Below are positions 30,721 to 32,000 of a stretch of 32,000 nucleotides of DNA, piece after piece (position 1 is the stretch's first letter; each line of letters opens with the position of its first letter). The translations under genes and the position numbers were made by a program. The DNA comes from Candidatus Saccharimonadota bacterium (GTDB taxonomy: Bacteria; Bacillota_I; Bacilli_A; Mycoplasmatales; Hepatoplasmataceae): the NCBI GenBank assembly GCA_027925225.1, contig AP027131.1:210001-242000 (forward strand), read 5' to 3'. The notes beneath the pieces are model-generated. The model saw only the letters and a list, made by a program, of their open reading frames with translations, was not told the DNA's origin and ran no database searches.

Positions 30721-30754
30721 AAACAAAAATATTTATAAATAAATATTTTTGTTT
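30721..30754. repeat. Inverted repeat (16-bp arms, 2-nt spacer) between the transporter and DUF262 genes
   Basis: AAACAAAAATATTTAT-AA-ATAAATATTTTTGTTT. The 3' arm abuts and shares its last base (30754) with a TATAAT box at 30754-30759. It could be a terminator for the upstream gene, an operator for the downstream gene, or both. Confidence 0.6.
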
Positions 30755-30817
30755 ATAATGAAACTATAAATTAAATGAAGTTATAAAATAAAACCATTTT
30801 TTTAAAAGGAGATTAAA

Positions 30818-31993
30818 ATGTTTGGAAAATTTAATGTTGTACCTTATTCTAGAAATCCAATTCAAATTAAACAAGATTTAGAAAATAAATGGTTAGATTT
30901 AAATCCAAAATATCAGAGAGGATATGTTTGATCGAAAAGATTTCAAAGAGAATTAATTATTAGTATTTTTTCTGGATATCCTATTGGAACGGTAGTAGTA
31001 AGAGGACAAAGCAAAACAAGAAATCTTGAATTAGTTGATGGTCAACAAAGAATAAAAACAATTATAAGATTTATGGATGATGAATTAACATTAAATTCAA
31101 CCCATTCTGTAAAGGCCAAAGAAATTTTGAATTTAAGAGGAGAAAATTATGATAAATATCAAAAAAATATTTATAAATTTTCTAATTTAACTTTAAGAGA
31201 TCAATCTGATTTTAAAAATTCTTTTTTAATTTCTGGTTTTCAGATTCAATATGATAATGATGAAGAAGTAAAAAATTATTTTGATAAAATACAAACTCAA
31301 GAAAAACTGTTAGCAGGAGAATTAATAAATAATTTACCAAATAATATTTTTGATGAAATATTTGAGGAAAATGAAAATAATATTGATAATTTTTGTAAAT
31401 TTATTGGATTTAATAATAATAGAAAAAATTTTCAAAAAGCTTTATTTAATTCAATTGGATTTAATCTTGAATATATTGAATTAGGAATTATTGACGACAA
31501 ATTAATTAAATTTGTTAATGATTTATCTTCTAAAGAAATGAGAAAAAATTTAAAATATGATGAAGTACTTTTTAAAGAAAAAATAAAGGAATCATTATTT
31601 CAAATATTAAAACTTAATAAAAATATAGATATTAATAAAAAAGCAAAACAAAGATTTTTAAAATTATTGTTTTTATTAATTAATTATTTAAATATGAATG
31701 ATTCTATTAATTTTGAAAGACTTGCACTTATTAACAGAAATTTATCAGAATATAATACAAAATATGCAAGAAAAAATGAAAATAAATTTATTGAAAATTT
31801 AATTACAGATGGAATAATTAGTAATCAGAATGATTTTCATTTATTTGAAGATTTATATGATTTATTTTATAAAACACAAAAAAATGATAATGAAGTCAAA
31901 GCTTTATTAAAATACTGATCAAATGAAATAAAACAAAATTCATATTTAGAATCATTAAATGATTTTAATGCAATACAAAAGGATTTGAATTAA
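30818..31993 (+). CDS. DUF262 (ParB/GmrSD N-terminal-like, DGQQR motif) protein
   Basis: SD AAAGGAG 6 nt before the ATG. Contains LNPKYQRGYVWSKRFQRELIISIFSGYPIGTVVV...LELVDGQQRIKTIIRFM, the DUF262 signature. Two TGA codons are read through. TAA at 31991-31993. 391 aa, with no obvious HNH/DUF1524 domain. Confidence 0.8.
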
Positions 31994-32000
31994 ATCTAAA

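Noticed and set aside
1-32000. Many adjacent same-frame ORF fragments in the supplied track (for example 4873/5377, 6055/6703, 9117/10167/10650, 14341/14611/15646, 21156/21990/22881) could be read as pseudogenes or frameshifted genes.
   Set aside because: Every break I examined is a TGA in an otherwise conserved protein, never TAA or TAG, and no frame changes occur. This is the code-4 (TGA=Trp) signature, not gene decay.

Overview
This is a very AT-rich chromosomal segment from a Mollicute (Mycoplasma-like) genome that must be read with genetic code 4 (TGA = Trp). The supplied standard-code ORF track breaks almost every gene at TGA. One gene, glpF, is missing from the track entirely because it carries 8 in-frame TGA codons. 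Reading through TGA gives 33 tightly packed, apparently intact CDS and one tRNA-His. Many stop/start junctions abut or overlap: tsaB/asnS share TAATG, pstS and pstCA overlap by 8 nt, and pheS/pheT, phoU/trmH and era/recO are directly adjacent.

The content is mostly core housekeeping with Firmicutes-type synteny. On the + strand: recA (3' part)-ymdB, metK, tRNA-His, tsaE-tsaB-asnS-tsaD-folD, an RDD membrane protein, pcrA, an orphan 518-aa membrane protein, pstS-pstCA-pstB-phoU, a TrmH-family methyltransferase, trxA, a small basic TM protein, pheS-pheT and a MATE transporter. glpF lies on the - strand between ymdB and metK. Also on the - strand: rplT-rpmI-infC, a Zn-ribbon protein and recO-era-cdd-dgkA. 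A 70-aa TM protein on the + strand sits between infC and the Zn-ribbon gene. The window ends on the + strand with a membrane transporter carrying a His-rich loop and a stand-alone DUF262 (DGQQR) protein at the window edge. I saw no rRNA, CRISPR array, IS/transposase, integrase or phage genes.

The most unusual observations are:
- The phosphate-uptake operon is atypical in every component. PstS looks circularly permuted, PstC and PstA are fused, and PstB carries a 230-aa Lys-rich N-terminal extension.
- The 518-aa orphan reads like a fossil (catalytically dead) GGDEF-EAL module.
- The infC leader holds a strand-specific attenuator hairpin, and infC appears to use a non-AUG start.
- The DUF262 gene is a defence-type candidate and sits behind a 16-bp-arm inverted repeat that abuts its -10 box.

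All homology calls come from reading motifs by eye. No database search was possible.
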